This document shows, piece after piece, positions 63,318 to 64,000 of a stretch of DNA of 64,000 nt (position 1 is its first letter; every line of letters begins with the position of its first letter). The notes below the pieces were generated by a model. It did not search any database and had not been told where the DNA came from. It saw only the letters and a program-made list of their open reading frames with translations. This DNA is from Aplysia californica. Its lineage: Eukaryota. The DNA is taken from NCBI RefSeq assembly GCF_000002075.1, contig NW_004797831.1, forward strand, positions 62,001 through 126,000, in the 5' to 3' direction. The position numbers and the translations under genes are program-made.

Positions 63318-64000
63318 GTCAAGCATGCCCACAACCAAATTGGCAGGCAACAGAAATCTTTTTGCTACGTGCTAATTTTGCTATGTAGGTACGTGTCTTA
63401 AATACACACCATACCATAGGCTAAAAACGTGAGATTAAAAGGCCGTTGTCTGTTCTTTTAACAACTGAAAACTACTGGCCCTTTAACATCCAACTAATCA
63501 CAAAACAAGATATTTTCAAGACAGCACGTGGCTCTCATTGTGACCTGAAAAACGTAATTCATACATTCCCTGGAACATTAAAAAAAGTGGGAAACTGTAT
63601 TGGTTTCTTGCATCACTGTAAGATTGTTAAAGAAGCAGATTCTCCTGAAGGAAAGGATGCAACATATATCATTGATACCTGACCGTGACCATGTATGCAT
63701 TTGAACATTGATCTTCAGAAAAGTAGGGAAAACCCTGAGTTCTTTCTTATTATCAACTAGAATTGCTCAAAGTTTTGTGCAGAGTGTTCACTTAACTTAT
63801 CATAGTATCACCAATTGTAATCACCGTGCAGTTGTCTTCTTCTCTGCATTCCCTTGCTAGATCTCAAAGGCAGTGGACTGTTGGGTTGGTTCTTCATTCT
63901 TCAACTGGCAGCCAAATTGATTTTTACGAATTGCGACCGTGTTCCCTATTTCGTATGGCCCATTGCCTTCAGGCAGCTACATTCTGATTTCAAAGGTATT

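Noticed and set aside
63320-64000. A further upstream ZFYVE1 exon
   Set aside because: No frame resembles the expected preceding sequence (..YRSRQYW..EIxHVWP), so I treated it as intron.

Overview
AT-rich animal genomic DNA from a draft assembly, with N gaps at 10150-10292 and 30040-30280. The SINE/MITE repertoire suggests a lophotrochozoan such as a mollusc, but that is inference. I reconstructed five spliced genes by hand with GT-AG junctions and consistent phases. Two are tandem zeta-class glutathione transferase/maleylacetoacetate isomerase paralogues (GSTZ1-like, minus strand, 8 coding exons and 215 aa each). Next is a GT43 beta-1,3-glucuronosyltransferase (B3GAT-like, minus, 342 aa), head-to-head with the SNARE VTI1B (plus, 217 aa). 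The last four exons of ZFYVE1/DFCP1 (minus) close the window. Most ORFs in the supplied track are spurious. The most striking non-coding feature lies in the B3GAT/VTI1B divergent promoter and VTI1B intron 1: six different non-autonomous DNA transposons with exact 9-bp target-site duplications (TSDs). Five of them, plus a hAT element, form two three-deep nested stacks, and all six share a terminal motif and a palindromic subterminal design. Other oddities are a minisatellite made of ZFYVE1 splice acceptors, duplications of the ZFYVE1 stop region and last acceptor, a nine-hairpin array downstream of VTI1B, an in-frame uORF in B3GAT, and several retroposon families sharing one 3' tail.
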